DNA of 64,000 nucleotides from Haplodiscus bocki (GCA_965655095.1 OZ296658.1:18662001-18726000), one strand, 5' to 3'. Numbered from the stretch's first letter, positions 41,550 to 53,469 are shown. The notes: a model not told the origin generated them from the sequence alone. Made by a program: numbers and translations.

Positions 41550-42008
41550 TTTTCTTCATTTCGCGCCATAACATACCATATGGGAGGAAAATCTTACACT
41601 TTACGAGAAATTTTTTCACCCGATGTTTGCTAATTGCGTTTACGATGTCCGTTCAGGTTTCTCAATGTGAACTTTTTTTTCAAAAATTGTAACAAATTTG
41701 CCATAGTACGCAACTGAAAAGAAACGATCTCTCGAAATGTTCAAAAAGCGAACTTTTTGTTCGAATTGTTTTCAAAATTGTCAAAGGTGGCAATTTTAAA
41801 GTAGGATGCGTATCAAATGGTATCTTTTCCCAGAAGAGTCTTTTCTGCCCTTTTAATGAAGTTTTTTATTGCATAAATGAGGAAAGTTTTTAGATTGCAA
41901 AAATAGGAAACAATATGAAGAAAAGTGTTTTTCTAAAACCTTTCCAAGGGCCTTCTTTACAAAAATGAGAAGCCACAAAACATGCCAGTGGTAGCCAGTT
42001 TTCTTGTT
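41550..42008 (+). mobile_element. Helentron/DINE-like family B copy nested in the Gypsy element
   Basis: 5' ATTTCGCGCC (41558), AAAGGTGGCAATTT..GATGCGTATCAAATG body, 3' GCCAGTGGTAGCCAGT plus TTTCTTGTT. Confidence 0.65.
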
Positions 42009-43316
42009 TAGTTCACAAAAACCCAACAAAGCAAAGTTTCTTTCTATCAGCTTTGAAATTTGCTTTTTCAACGCCTCTGGCAATTTATTTTCATAAAGCC
42101 CCTCAGAACAGAGAGTATCAAGAAATTGCATCATCTATTTGTCATTTGTTTCCATTCCGGAAACCGTTGCTTCCATCTTCGCTTCATCATTTTTTTCCCA
42201 AAACTACGGTAAAAATCAGCATCAGTGATGCCCCATTTTACATCGTCATCGGTAATTTTTGGCTACAAAATTAGATTTTTTCATTTCGACTATTCTTAAT
42301 GTAATCATAACATCCAATAAAAAAGGAGTAATTGGATACACCTTCTTCAATTTAGTCAGTTTTTGACACGCTCGCCACAAATTTGGTACATTTTTTTCCT
42401 TTTACCTCACATTTTTGCCAACTGGTTGGGTCTTTTCTAGCTTTTACATTTTTCTAGCCAATTGATAGACATGACGTCAGTTCATGGCTTGTCCAACAAT
42501 TTGAACAAACAGTTGAAGAAACTTGGTTATTGTGTGACCTTTTACCAGTCCAATCATTTTTTTGTCGGCTACCGTTCCGGGCAAAAAAACAGTTTCGGTT
42601 TTGTGGGTTGCTTCTTGACCATTTTAACAGCTTGTTGGCGCTCTTGGATAACCAGTAAAATGTCCCTAAATGTTGCTTTGGGTTTACTTTAGAGATATTC
42701 TTTAAGTTCCAACTTGTGTTCGAAGTTTTGTAATCCAGCAACGAGCCATAATTGGATCATGCGTGTTGTTTGTTCAGCAACGGTGTTCGGTTCTCTAAAC
42801 CCAATAAATCTTGCTGCCGCTCGGAGTCTGCCAAGAAATCAACTGGAAACTCTACGTTCCTTTGTTTGATTGTCATTACATTTGTCTGCGTAGCTAAATC
42901 TTGTCGTTCATGGGGCTGCAGATATTTCTACAAGACAGTCTCACTAGCTTTAAAGGGCATTGTCTCCACTTCCGTCAGTTTAACAAAGGTTTTTACTCTC
43001 ATCAATTCTTCCACCCCGCAACGAAACAAACATTTGATCTGTTACTAACAAAATGGTCAGGTTTGTTCCGTTGGCTTCCACGTCATTTTTCTTTTTGGCT
43101 CTGCATCGGGCTTTAGATGCGTCTGTTTAGGCCAAATCAACTTCTGGCTTTTGGGGATTCGACAGTTTTTTTTCTGCCGAGAACAATTTGTGAACGGTTT
43201 AGTGTGATCGTGAAATTTCAAAAAATGTTTCACAGTTGTTTGATAATTTGGGAGGAATTTCAGAGTTGGCTCTCATTTATGCCTTGATTTTCTAGTTTTT
43301 TTTCGACAATATTTGG

Positions 43317-43704
43317 TGTGGAAAGTGTTTGTCGAAACATGACTCACTGAAAAGTTTCGATTTATAATACTTTTCCCAATAGTTCTGCGATATGTCTATT
43401 TGGAATTAGTGCTTTTATATTATTTGATAAATACACAAAAATACTTCTAGACAACGGTCCAGTTGCTAGTCCGTCTTAGGAATTTAGATTTCTTGTAATC
43501 ATGCGTCGGCAGACTGGGATTTCATTGGGTGTTCCTCGGTTACGTTATTGTTTGTTCAGTAGACGAATGTAATTCGTTTCCATGTTCCATGTACGGTAGT
43601 GAACGGCTAATCGCATTCTCAGTTCTCGGTTATTGTTATTCTCGGCTCTCGGTAATAGCTAACTATTCTTGGTTATTGTTTTTCTTTGTGATGACGTCAC
43701 CACA
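43317..43704 (-). repeat. 5' LTR (TGTGG...CCACA)
   Basis: TG...CA termini with 5-bp inverted ends; direct repeat of 38620-38993. Confidence 0.85.
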
Positions 43705-46293
43705 TTAGCTTACCAATGCAAAAATAGGACACCTGTTTTATAGAAATTTACCGAGCAAAACCTAAAATAGTCAGATACAGCCTCATTTCCGATGTCTTTA
43801 TAGATTGACAAAAGAAATTAATTTTGAGAGGTTCAGCAAACATTTTAACCAACAATGAGGAAATAAAGGCAGAAAATTTATATTTCAACCGGTAGTGCTG
43901 AGGTTTTTCATTTTTGAAAATTTGGAATGAAAAAGTTTTCAGCTAGCTGTATTGTTTTATTGGTAACATTTTTTCTCAATTGAAAGATTTCCATGTTTGA
44001 TCCGACCGGCAATAGGACCTACTTTGTTGGTTTTGGTGCCTTTTAGCAGCTGAAAGAGTAACTATCTTGGACTTTTTATTTCACCTAAAATTCACCCCCT
44101 GTTCTTTAGTATGGTATAGATTTTATCAGTGAAGAACTCTGTTTGATGACGAAAACTTACGGCCACTTGCAAAAATTTCCGTTTTTTGTACTTTTGAAAA
44201 CCAACCAAATTTGATGCCGGCGAAGCTTACATTTTCTAGGCAGTGCATTTGCATTAACTTTACAAAAGTATGAAATTTTTATGAAAAAGTTTTCTTCCAA
44301 CATTTTCATTGAACTATTGAAACTGCATTTCAGGATTGTATTTTCATGAGGCACAGTATAGAATTACGCTATATTTTATCGAATTTGACGCTAAACTTTT
44401 ATGAAATTTCACGTGCATCTTACGCGATTCTTCTAAAAACGTTGACTTCTTTCTGATAACACTGATGAAAATCACGGAGAATGCACCTGCCAAATTTTTT
44501 AGCTGGAATTTTTTTCACGAGCAGCCACAAATTAAAGCCTGCGCTCACAACGTGTCTCTTCCTAGGAGCTTGCTTCTACTTCCAGCCTCGAAAAATTGCA
44601 TTTTTGCCATTATTATCGTCAAGTTAGGCATCTGATACTAAAAGCAAGAAAGTGAATTCAGTGAAAAAACGTAGTTTTATTTTTTTAATGGTTTTCACTC
44701 TGAACTTGTTTAGTTTCAAACCGAAATTGTGTTGAAATTACGATTTGTTTTTTGATATTCATGTCAATTTTGTTACTTTTTAATACGTCAAAAAAAACCC
44801 ATAACATTTTCAGCTTGTAATAATAAAAATATTTTTTGTAAGTATACTCGTTATAATAAGCAAGTATGCTCTTTATAGTAATATTCCTGATTCATCAGAA
44901 AGACGTGCAATGAGTCATACATTGACTACTCCTTGAAAATATATCTATTTTATAATCTCACTAAATTATGTGTTTCATTTGATCAACAGACTGTGAACTC
45001 CACCTTTCTGGGACGGCCCAATGCCCCTCCCCCTCAATTTCCCGACATGAGTACTTTTCACATTTACCTACTTACCTTCACAAGGTTTTGTAACTGTACT
45101 ACTGTTTATTTTTTACAAGGAGGCCTGGACTTAGTTTAAATTGTGTTCTAGGAATTTAGATGACTACCCCATGTGCCGATAGTAATTTTTGTAAATTCTG
45201 ATTCTATGAAAGCTGCGTCAAATTTTAATCCGAAGAGGAATTTAAAATGAGCAAAAGTCTACAGGGATGAAAATTGGCGTCATCATGAAATCTCGAGTCA
45301 TTGAAATTAAACAAAAATGCTCTCTTCTATGAAAATACTTGAAATTTTATTAGCTTTTCCTAGGTTCTCATTGTAACTGCTCTTCCTTGATATAGCTGTT
45401 TCAGGGATAGCGGATTCTGTTAGCGGCATCTTTTTGCAAGAGAAAACATTGACTTTCCAAAAGATGAGGATTACTTTTTGGACTGAAATTGGTAATGATG
45501 AGAATTAAAACTCAGCGTGTGATTCTTGGCTGTTTTTTTTTAAATTTCAAAATGCGGTTACCTACAAGCCAGGAAACTGATCAACCAAGTTAGAACAATT
45601 TCCTAAGTTTTACTGAAAATTTTATACTAATTAAGTTGTTTCTTGTATATTTTAAATCCACTTCAAAACGTCATCTGTTTTTCTTCTTAACGGTATTCAG
45701 AAGCATGATTATCGAATCCATCGGAGTTGTAACTTCGTGGACGAAATCCTCTGTCTTCAATAAATGCTGAGTGGAAGTTGAAGTTTTCGAACATAGACAC
45801 TAGAGTACTAAGCAACGGAAACGAAGGGTAGTAGTTTTAAGTTGAAGTATAAACTTCAAATGAAGTGACAAAACTCAGCGGGTTCGCTACTCCCCAAGTA
45901 ACTAAGCTGACCTAATAAATCCGAAGAAAAATTTGTGCGAAAAATGCTCGAGAGATGACATGCTATTTTCAATATTCATAAATGAAATACAAGTAGCCTT
46001 CCCATTAGGAAATAGAAAAATTGCTTCTATGGTGTGGGTTAAATTTTTTCGGAACATTGTCAAAAATTGCGATGACAAGTTGTGTCGAAAAGTTTTGGAC
46101 GGCCACGCAGAAACGTTTGTTATGAGTTAAGATACTGAACTTTGATAGTTATTGTGTTAATTCAAGCAAAAAAGCTAAGAAAATATCAACTATGTTCGCG
46201 AAGTTATGGAAAATATTTAAACTCAAGTCTTCAAGAGGTTTTTATATATTTTATTCAATTAGATGCAGTTATAAAATAACAAAAAAATCAAAA

Positions 46294-46797
46294 TTATTAA
46301 TACTTTCCGCCCATATTTATAAGGTGGAAGGAAAATCATCTCAAAACGCTCGAATCTCATGTTTTTTTACGTTTACTTGCCAATCGATAATGTCCTCCGC
46401 TCCAAAAGTCAGTGCCGAAAAAATGACGAAAATGACGGTTCTGACAGTGGAAGTCTTTTAACACCATATAAAAGCAAATTTGCCATAGAATGCGACTAAT
46501 TACTTACTAAATTTTCTCAAAAGGTACGAAAGTTGGATTTTTTTTTAAAAAAAAGAATTTTTTAAATCGGTAAAGGTGGCAAATTTGTTGCAGAATGCAT
46601 ATCAAATGATGTTATTTCGTAAAAATGTCTTTTAATTATGAGGTTTATCGGCAAAAAGTTGGAATTTTTTATTGGTAAAAGTAAAAAATAGATGAAGATA
46701 GAAGATTTTTCGGAAAAAAAGTTTTCAACCGTTCAATAGGCATCCTTAATAAAAAAGGAGGACAGAAAACATATTGGTGATAGCCGGCCGTTTGGTT
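46294..46797 (+). mobile_element. Helentron/DINE-like element (family B)
   Basis: TTTCCGCCCATAT..GAAGGAAAATCATCT..ACGTTTACTTGCCAAT..AAATCGGTAAAGGTGGCAAA shared with the 19631 copy; 3' TAGCCGGCCGTTTGGTT. Confidence 0.7.
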
Positions 46798-49119
46798 GTG
46801 TTAGCTTATTAGAAGGACAAAAAACGCTTATAAAACTCGTCTAGTCTCTGCCCGGTGAAACAATCAACCAACAACTTTGAGAGAAAAAAAAAGATGTAAG
46901 CGAAAGAAAATTAGGAGAAAATGGTGATAGCGGAGATAACATAATGTGGCAATTCACTTTGAGTGTACCGTTTACATTAAGGATACCAAAAAAAAGACGA
47001 AGTGCAACGACTAAGCACGGCAGGCTCTGCATTGGTTTGAGAATTTGGGAACGAGAATTTTTCAACGGAACAGGTAATATAATTAATTAATTTTTTTGTA
47101 CAATTTTACGATTTCTCTTGGTCAAAATCTTTTCCAATAATTCAAGCAATCATTTTTTGAGAAAAATGATTTGTTCAGTGAGTGTTAGAATTTTGTAAAT
47201 TGCCGTGTACTGAATCCATGCTAATCAGCTAGTTGAACCCCTTAGGTAGAGTATTTTGTAAATATCTCCATTTATAAACGGTTCTACTGTATTGTATAGG
47301 AAAAAAACTTTGAGCAGATCTACGAGTTTCGTATATGTTTTCATGTGTTTTTTGGTGGAAAAATGATTTCAATTTGTTGAGAATTCGTTGGAAAACTTCA
47401 TAAATATATAGTTGAAGAGCAGTCTGTTTGCTTGATTGCGTGAAAGTTTTTTGAAGGTTGCCATTTTTAGTTATTGATGGAATTACCAAAGTTTGGCGCT
47501 CTTCTTGATGAATGAGGTTTAATTTACTTTTCTAAACACTGTCATATGCCTATATACCGTCTAGCATAACCGAATTTACATAAACTTTGTAAGAAGAAAA
47601 AAATGACTGGAGATAGATCCCTAATTCTATATAATAATCCACAAAACTATTTGGGCTTACAAGTTGCTAAGTTAAAGTACTCATGAACGTTCAATTTTGG
47701 ATCTGAACAACGCTAAATTGTTTCATGTAGATTTATCAATAATTCTTTTGCTCTTAGTTGTTGTTCTTGGTAGTTTTTTCCACTGCCCAACGAGATGCTT
47801 TCACATTTTGATTTGTCTCCAACTTCGCTGTCTGAGGTCTAAATTCAGCAATTATTATTGGCAGTGCTTCTCTATATAATAACTTTTACAATCGGAACTT
47901 TGCTTGGTGCAAATGGATATGTCATCCAAGAGAGTGCTTGGTTGTCTAGGGTCTAGGTGATGAGTCATGGAAAATGTCTGCAATCCACCAGTGTGGCTAA
48001 AAAATTCTTTTATTGACATCCAATCGTGCACGCACAGCAAATCAGACATATTGCATTTCAACAGCATTCACTTCCCTGGTCATTCTTCCAAAAAACAAGG
48101 CTAAAAGACTACGACAGCATCTACAAGATTGTGGAAGTAGAAAGACCCAGTTGCCGTGTCTTTTCCTATTTTTTTGTTTGGCTTTTATTTTGGAATGTTT
48201 TATGCGGAAAACAATGGAAGATTATCCTAAGATGTAGCCGTTAACTTGATTTAACGTGCAACGTTTTTGAAACGTGAAGAAGTTGATAAGTTTTGTTAGC
48301 CCGCCCAAGTGAACAAGTAAGACGCAAGGAGTTAAAAAAATTTACATGTGATTTTCCCCTTCTTATTAACCAAAAATTCCGTCGGAGAAAAATTTCGGAA
48401 CGCTTTGTTCACATAATCCTCAGGGTTTTTTAGGTGAATTTTGGAAGACGAAAGAGGACCTTGGAAGAAGCTAGGAAAAAAACATCCTTAATTACACAAT
48501 TTTTCAGCAATTTTAAGACTTGCACCTTAACTAAAATTGGCATTGCACTTTGATATATTTTTCGCAACACGATAGAAGGGTAGTTCTTTTTCAAAAAAAA
48601 CCAATTATTTCAATTTTTTCTCTTAACCAAAAGACTCCCAAATTCTTTTTAAAAAAAAAGACTTTTCTCCAATTGAGCTAATTTTCCTCAAATTTAAAGA
48701 AAGTGAATGAAGGATAAAGATAAAAACCCCCAAGAATTGATTCTGGGAACAAAGGGCATTTTCTCCACTTCCATCGAAAATTACAATCTCAAATCTCTTC
48801 AATATTAACTAGTGAGACTGTAATTGTGTCTCTGACGTCATAGCTGAAGAACAATTAGAAATACTAATGAATCAAAAATTCAGAAAACGTGTCTTATTGG
48901 TTTTAGAAAGTAGCTAATCGAAGACGTCATTACATTTTTTTGGATCGACTTTTTGCCGACTTGCGATGTCTGGTCTGTTGCTGTTGTATTATCAAAATAC
49001 CGGGGAAATTTATATACAAATGTAAAAATTTTCTAATATTTTGTGGTTCGAAGAACAATTTTTTTCAAGCGTTTGTTCCCTAATTAGGAAGCCCGGTCTG
49101 CCCTCCTAGAGATGAAATT

Positions 49120-49700
49120 TAGCATTCTTAGTAAGATAGAGATAACTTACTACGGCCCCAGAGATGCATCTCTGGGCTCAACTCTGGACCTTAGTAAGTA
49201 ATCTAAGTTTTTTTCGCGTAAAATTACAGATGCAATTTTAGCGCAAGCGCCTGATAATTCATGCAAATTGTGAAGTCATGAATCCGAAGAGTTTAGGGAG
49301 CCGGAATTGAGAAAGCTTGTTCTTTTATGGCAATACTGACGCAAAAATTATTTCAAAATCTTCTAAAGTATGAAATTTTCGTTTTTCAGTAAAAAAAATT
49401 TTTTGATTCATCTTGTCTGGCAATGGGAACAAGACTCAATGATTTTTGCCTGAATAATCTAATGTCGTTCTTTTGGACGTCCAAGGTTCGTTTTTTTCAC
49501 TTTAGTCAGAAAACAAAAGCATCAGCTTTATCTGAAATTGCTAAACAGTTGAGCTTGAAAGAACTTTTGACAAAACAAATGAAATGGGCCCAGAGATACT
49601 AACTTCTTACTACGGTCGAGAGATAACTTACCAAGTTCTTACTACGGTCCAGAGATAACTTACTAAACTCCAGTTATGGGCGACAGCATTCTTAGCAAGA
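49120..49700. repeat. Dispersed and inverted copies of a ~22-bp unit AGAGATAACTTACTACGGTCC, including a perfect 20-bp palindrome
   Basis: Forward units at ~49138, 49592, 49619 and 49651, reverse unit at ~49183-49204; CCCAGAGATGCATCTCTGGG at 49157-49176. Confidence 0.75.
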
Positions 49701-49821
49701 TCTTTCTGTGCGTTTTATCTCTGACAGAGCTGGACCGTAGTGAGCTCTCGGGGGTGGTCAACTTCGGAGGCGAAAAATATCCAGAAGCTTGAGGGGCGTC
49801 TTGTATTTTGTTTTGCTTCAG

Positions 49822-50033
49822 TTCAATGGTTCGCGGGTACCGTGTGTTGCAAGCTGTTGATGTTTCTGCGCCTGTTTCTGTTCCTCAGTGGACCCTACAT
49901 GTTAGTGTGTATTTCCGTGGACAGACTTCTCGCTATAGTATTTCCCCTACAGATGATGGTGACAGGGGACAACATCACTACCATCATGTGTGCCACTGTC
50001 TATTCCGTCTCTGCCGTACTCGCCCTTCCTCAG
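49822..50033 (+). CDS. Internal coding exon (ECL1-TM3-ICL2-TM4) of a GnRH/AKH/corazonin-receptor-like rhodopsin-class GPCR
   Basis: Acceptor TTTTGTTTTGCTTCAG and donor CAG|GTTAGT; 212 nt (phase 1 to phase 0) encode (V)QWFAGTVCCKLLMFLRLFLFLSGPYMLVCISVDRLLAIVFPL...YSVSAVLALPQ, matching the GnRHR-family VQWxAGxxxCK..ISxDR..PL..PQ pattern. The phase-0 intron after PQ matches the vertebrate GnRHR first intron. GC content is higher than the flanks. Confidence 0.88.
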
Positions 50034-50308
50034 GTTAGTATTTTCCACCCATATTTCAGTTTTTTAACAGTAGGAGTTTTTAGGTGTGCTTTCCGATTGC
50101 ACAATTTTGAAAAACGTTCGATTTTTAACATTGTGGCAAAATTGGACGAGTTTGCCTCTGAAAATTTTGTCAACAGCGAAATATAGAAAATTTGCTGTAG
50201 AAACTGATAATTTTCCTTGGAAATGCTTTTTTATACCAAAATTTAGGGTTTTTGAAATTAAAGAGCATTTTTTCCAATGACAACTGTTTCCATCTGGAAT
50301 GCTTTTTG

Positions 50309-50833
50309 AACAAGACACCCGGCTACCACCGGGATATTGTGCGCCCTCCAATTTTGTTAAAGATGCCTTTTAGAAGGATGAAAACGCTTTTTTTAAAAAA
50401 AAATACTTTGTTTCTTCATCATATTTTCTAATTTTTCCAACTGTAATTTTTTTCTGATTTTTAGCCAAAAAGACCTCATATATAAGGTGGAAAGACATTT
50501 TACAAAAATAATACCATTTGAGATGCATTCTAGAAAAAAATTGCCACATTTAGCGATTTTGAGAAATTTCAAGGTTCTTTTTCGAGAAAAAAAACATTTA
50601 TTTTTCCAAAGATTCCCAAAATTTTGAACGTTTCGAGAATTTTTAATATTCCAGTCCCATTCTATGAAAAGTTTGCTACAATTTGGCGAAAAAAATTCAC
50701 GGTCAGAAACGTGAATGAACATCGTTTTACTGTGAACGCAATTGGCAAACATTGAGTAAAAAACCTTCCAATTGAGAGGAAGATTTTGCTTTCATAATTT
50801 CATATTATAAATAATGTGGCGCAAAATAATAAA
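50309..50833 (-). mobile_element. Helentron/DINE-like element (family B), intronic
   Basis: AACAAGACA plus hairpin CCCGGCTACCACCGGG (50318-50333) plus ATTGTGCGCC (50336-50345), pairing with GGCGCAAAAT (50818-50827). Confidence 0.75.
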
Positions 50834-51925
50834 GTTGAAAGGTAGAAGATACCCCTTTGGTAGCAGGCGTTTTAATTAATGCTTAATATCAAGTACTTAA
50901 CATCAAGTTATTACTAAATTAATAACTTGACATCAAGTTAAGAAAACTTCAAAATTCTATCCTCAGAATTCAATCAAATCTTAAAGATCTTTGACAAAAG
51001 TTCTCAAACGCTTTATCAAAGAAAAAACTATATGAGCCAATTTTTATAACCAAGTAACATACTAAAAATCTATATAAAACATTGATCAACTTTATTTACA
51101 TTCGGTACATGGGATTAAGTGCACACTCTGGGAAAATTGCCAGTGGGCATTCAATAAACTGGCATTTTTAAATTAATCTCAGCGTAAAGTGAGAGAATTC
51201 CTTTATACTTCGTCTGTTTTAGCAGGCACTTGGTCAGTGTATTCCCCCAGCATGTGACCAAATTTACAAAAAAACTGTCATCGAATACTGGAAAATAATT
51301 TCGCGGTTAAATTGTATAGTTGTTCTCTCGTGCAGTGACCGGGCTCGAAATATTAAATTTAACTGCAGTTGCTTTCATATTGGTTTGAGGATGAACATAC
51401 GTCTCACGTCAACGCAAGCGGCGATCTTTCGCTCTAGTCACGCCATTAAAAATACTTCAAAACTTTTTACAGAACCAGTGACTGCAGTGAATACACTTCA
51501 AGCAACAATCAATTTTTCTTAAAAAGCCAGTTGATGATTTCAAAGCAAACTTTAAAAAAATCAATTTGGCGCTAGTGCCTTGCGTATCTTTTTGAGCTTC
51601 TGTTTGATGTTCCGGGGAACTAGACCAAGGACCCCGTTCCCTGTCCAACCCATATTACATTAGTGATCTCCTCCTTTACTTTGGTTCGGGTTTAGCAAAC
51701 CTTTTTAGAAGATTACTGTAACTATTGTTTCTAATGTAAAGAACATGTTGAGAATCTCAAGAAAAAAACACGTGAAGAAACAAGAAAAGAATGTAAAAGA
51801 AAATTACGTTCACGATGAACGGAGTCCAAAAGTGTATGAAAATTACAAAATTGTGCAAGTGAGCGTAGCTAGGGGAAATTGTTACAGTGTTTCTGTTGGG
51901 TAAGAAGGATTCCCGGGTTTCCCGA

Positions 51926-52260
51926 CCAGGCTGATCATAGTCTGACCATAGTATAGCGCCATACTAATCATACAAAAATTCGTAAATGATCTTTCTATGG
52001 TCAGCTAGGAAATCATATATGGTCCAGACTATGGTCAGCTTGGAATCGTACACCTGTATGACCCAGACTATGGTCAGCCTGAAGTCATGAATGGTCCAGA
52101 CAATGGTTAACCTGTTATCATAAATGGTCCAGACTATGGTCAGCTTGGAATCGTACACCTGTATGACCCAGACTACGGTCAGCCTGAGTCATGAATGGTT
52201 CAGACAATGGTTAACCTGTTATCATAAATGAAACACACTATAGCCAGCCTGGACTCATGA
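51926..52260. repeat. Minisatellite with 33/39-bp monomers in a ~105-bp higher-order repeat, plus one inverted monomer
   Basis: ATGGTCCAGACTATGGTCAGC-type starts at 52019, 52058, 52091, 52124, 52163, 52195 and 52228; inverted CAGGCTGATCATAGTCTGACCAT at ~51927. Confidence 0.9.
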
Positions 52261-53151
52261 GTAGAAATGTACTAAAGGAAAATGTATTTAGATGCCAAAA
52301 ACTGTACCTGAAAGTAGAACGGGGCTTCTCAGAAGCGGGGTTCTCTCCAATGTTTTTGTTTCAAGAAATCAGGGCAATTAATTAGGAACTTCTGAAGAAA
52401 TATCTTTGGAGAAAATTCTTCCGACTTGATTGTGAGCTGAATTTGAAGGGTACAACTATAAATATTCAGTTTGTCATGGTGAGTTTTAGGAGCTCCCAGT
52501 TTGTGAGTTGCAAGGTCTGACTTAACAGGACCCGCGACAAGAAGAAAACCCTAACAATTCCCAAAAATATCCAGCAAAAAAGACTCCAAATTGCACTGCA
52601 GAAAGGATATAATCACAAAAAATACGCAAATTTTAGGAGGCGTTTGTTCATTTGTTCACATGATACCTTAATAAACTGAGCTGAGTAGTACATAAAAAAG
52701 CATTTGACACCAGGCGCGCAGGCCGTACCAAAAATCAAGTAAAAAATTAATAGAAATTATACTATGTCAATGGGGGTACACAGGAATAAAAAAATAATTT
52801 TGTAAAAATATTTTTCCATTTATGTATCAATGGTGGTACACAGGATTAATAACGTAAAAAACCATTTAATTTTTCCTTTCCACTAAAAAAAATTCATACA
52901 CATTCCACTTTTCCAGCTGCATAATAAAAAATTCGTCTACAAAAATATAGGTCAATGTTCTGGCGACGAACAACTCCCCGATCAAATGTTCTGGCTCAAA
53001 CAAATGGAAATGAAATTGTTCTTTTAAGAAATTATGAGATTATGTTAAATTATAAGATTTCTTTTTATTAGATAGAATTCTATCATAGGATTTAGAAATA
53101 TGTATTCACTAGTAACAATCATTTTTTTGAAATGAACTGGATGAATTATTG

Positions 53152-53454
53152 TTAATCATCCACTTCACGCTCTGCAGAACATTCTATTAGCCAAACTAAT
53201 ATTAGTTTTCTCAACTGAATAAAATCACTTTTTATAACCTCTTCAGCAAATTTAAAATAATTTTCTAATATAGAAATTATTTGACTAAGCACGTTTGACA
53301 GAGCAACCCTATCCTCGATGAAATCAATTTGTCTTTTTTCCAACAAGTGTTTATAAATATTTTCCAATCCCGAAATACCAATATATTTTCCAATATTTTC
53401 AACAATAACATCATCAATAATATTCAAACAAACAGTTAGTGATTTAACCTCCAT
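53152..53454 (-). CDS. Polinton hypothetical protein (100 aa, intact ORF)
   Basis: Open ORF preceded by TATAAATG; no recognisable domain. Confidence 0.55.
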   Translation of the reverse strand: MEVKSLTVCLNIIDDVIVENIGKYIGISGLENIYKHLLEKRQIDFIEDRVALSNVLSQIISILENYFKFAEEVIKSDFIQLRKLILVWLIECSAEREVDD

Positions 53455-53469
53455 TTATAAAGAAAAAAA

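Larger units (their letters stand above)
38620..43704 (-). mobile_element. Ancient, near full-length Gypsy/Ty3 LTR retrotransposon
   Basis: Two direct repeats (LTRs) flank minus-strand RNase H ERHGLAIMFALSLF*QFLLGRKFTLETDHKP (~40370-40460), integrase IFSRFGIPYVLVSD (~39595-39635) and TPCYSSRIKVSAEW, and RT remnants at ~40970-41310; PPT-like CTTTATGGGGCA adjoins the 3' LTR. Confidence 0.85.

Noticed and set aside
45377-45491. Candidate upstream GPCR TM2 exon (IADSVSG..FWTEI-G|GTAATG, phase compatible)
   Set aside because: Asp-to-Trp spacing is ~8 residues too long, the segment is polar, there is no TM2 Pro, and an in-frame stop lies just upstream.
47885-49025. TM1-like (GTLLGANGYVI) and TM2-like (LFADL) peptides
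   Set aside because: In-frame stops and no suitable splice sites; likely chance.
51369-51437. Candidate next GPCR exon (LLSYWFEDEH..)
   Set aside because: Ends in a stop without a good donor or the ECL2 cysteine.
51995-52260. CRISPR-like repeat/spacer appearance
   Set aside because: The variable parts are only 11-18 nt, related to each other and repeated in A-B-C order; eukaryotic context; no cas genes.
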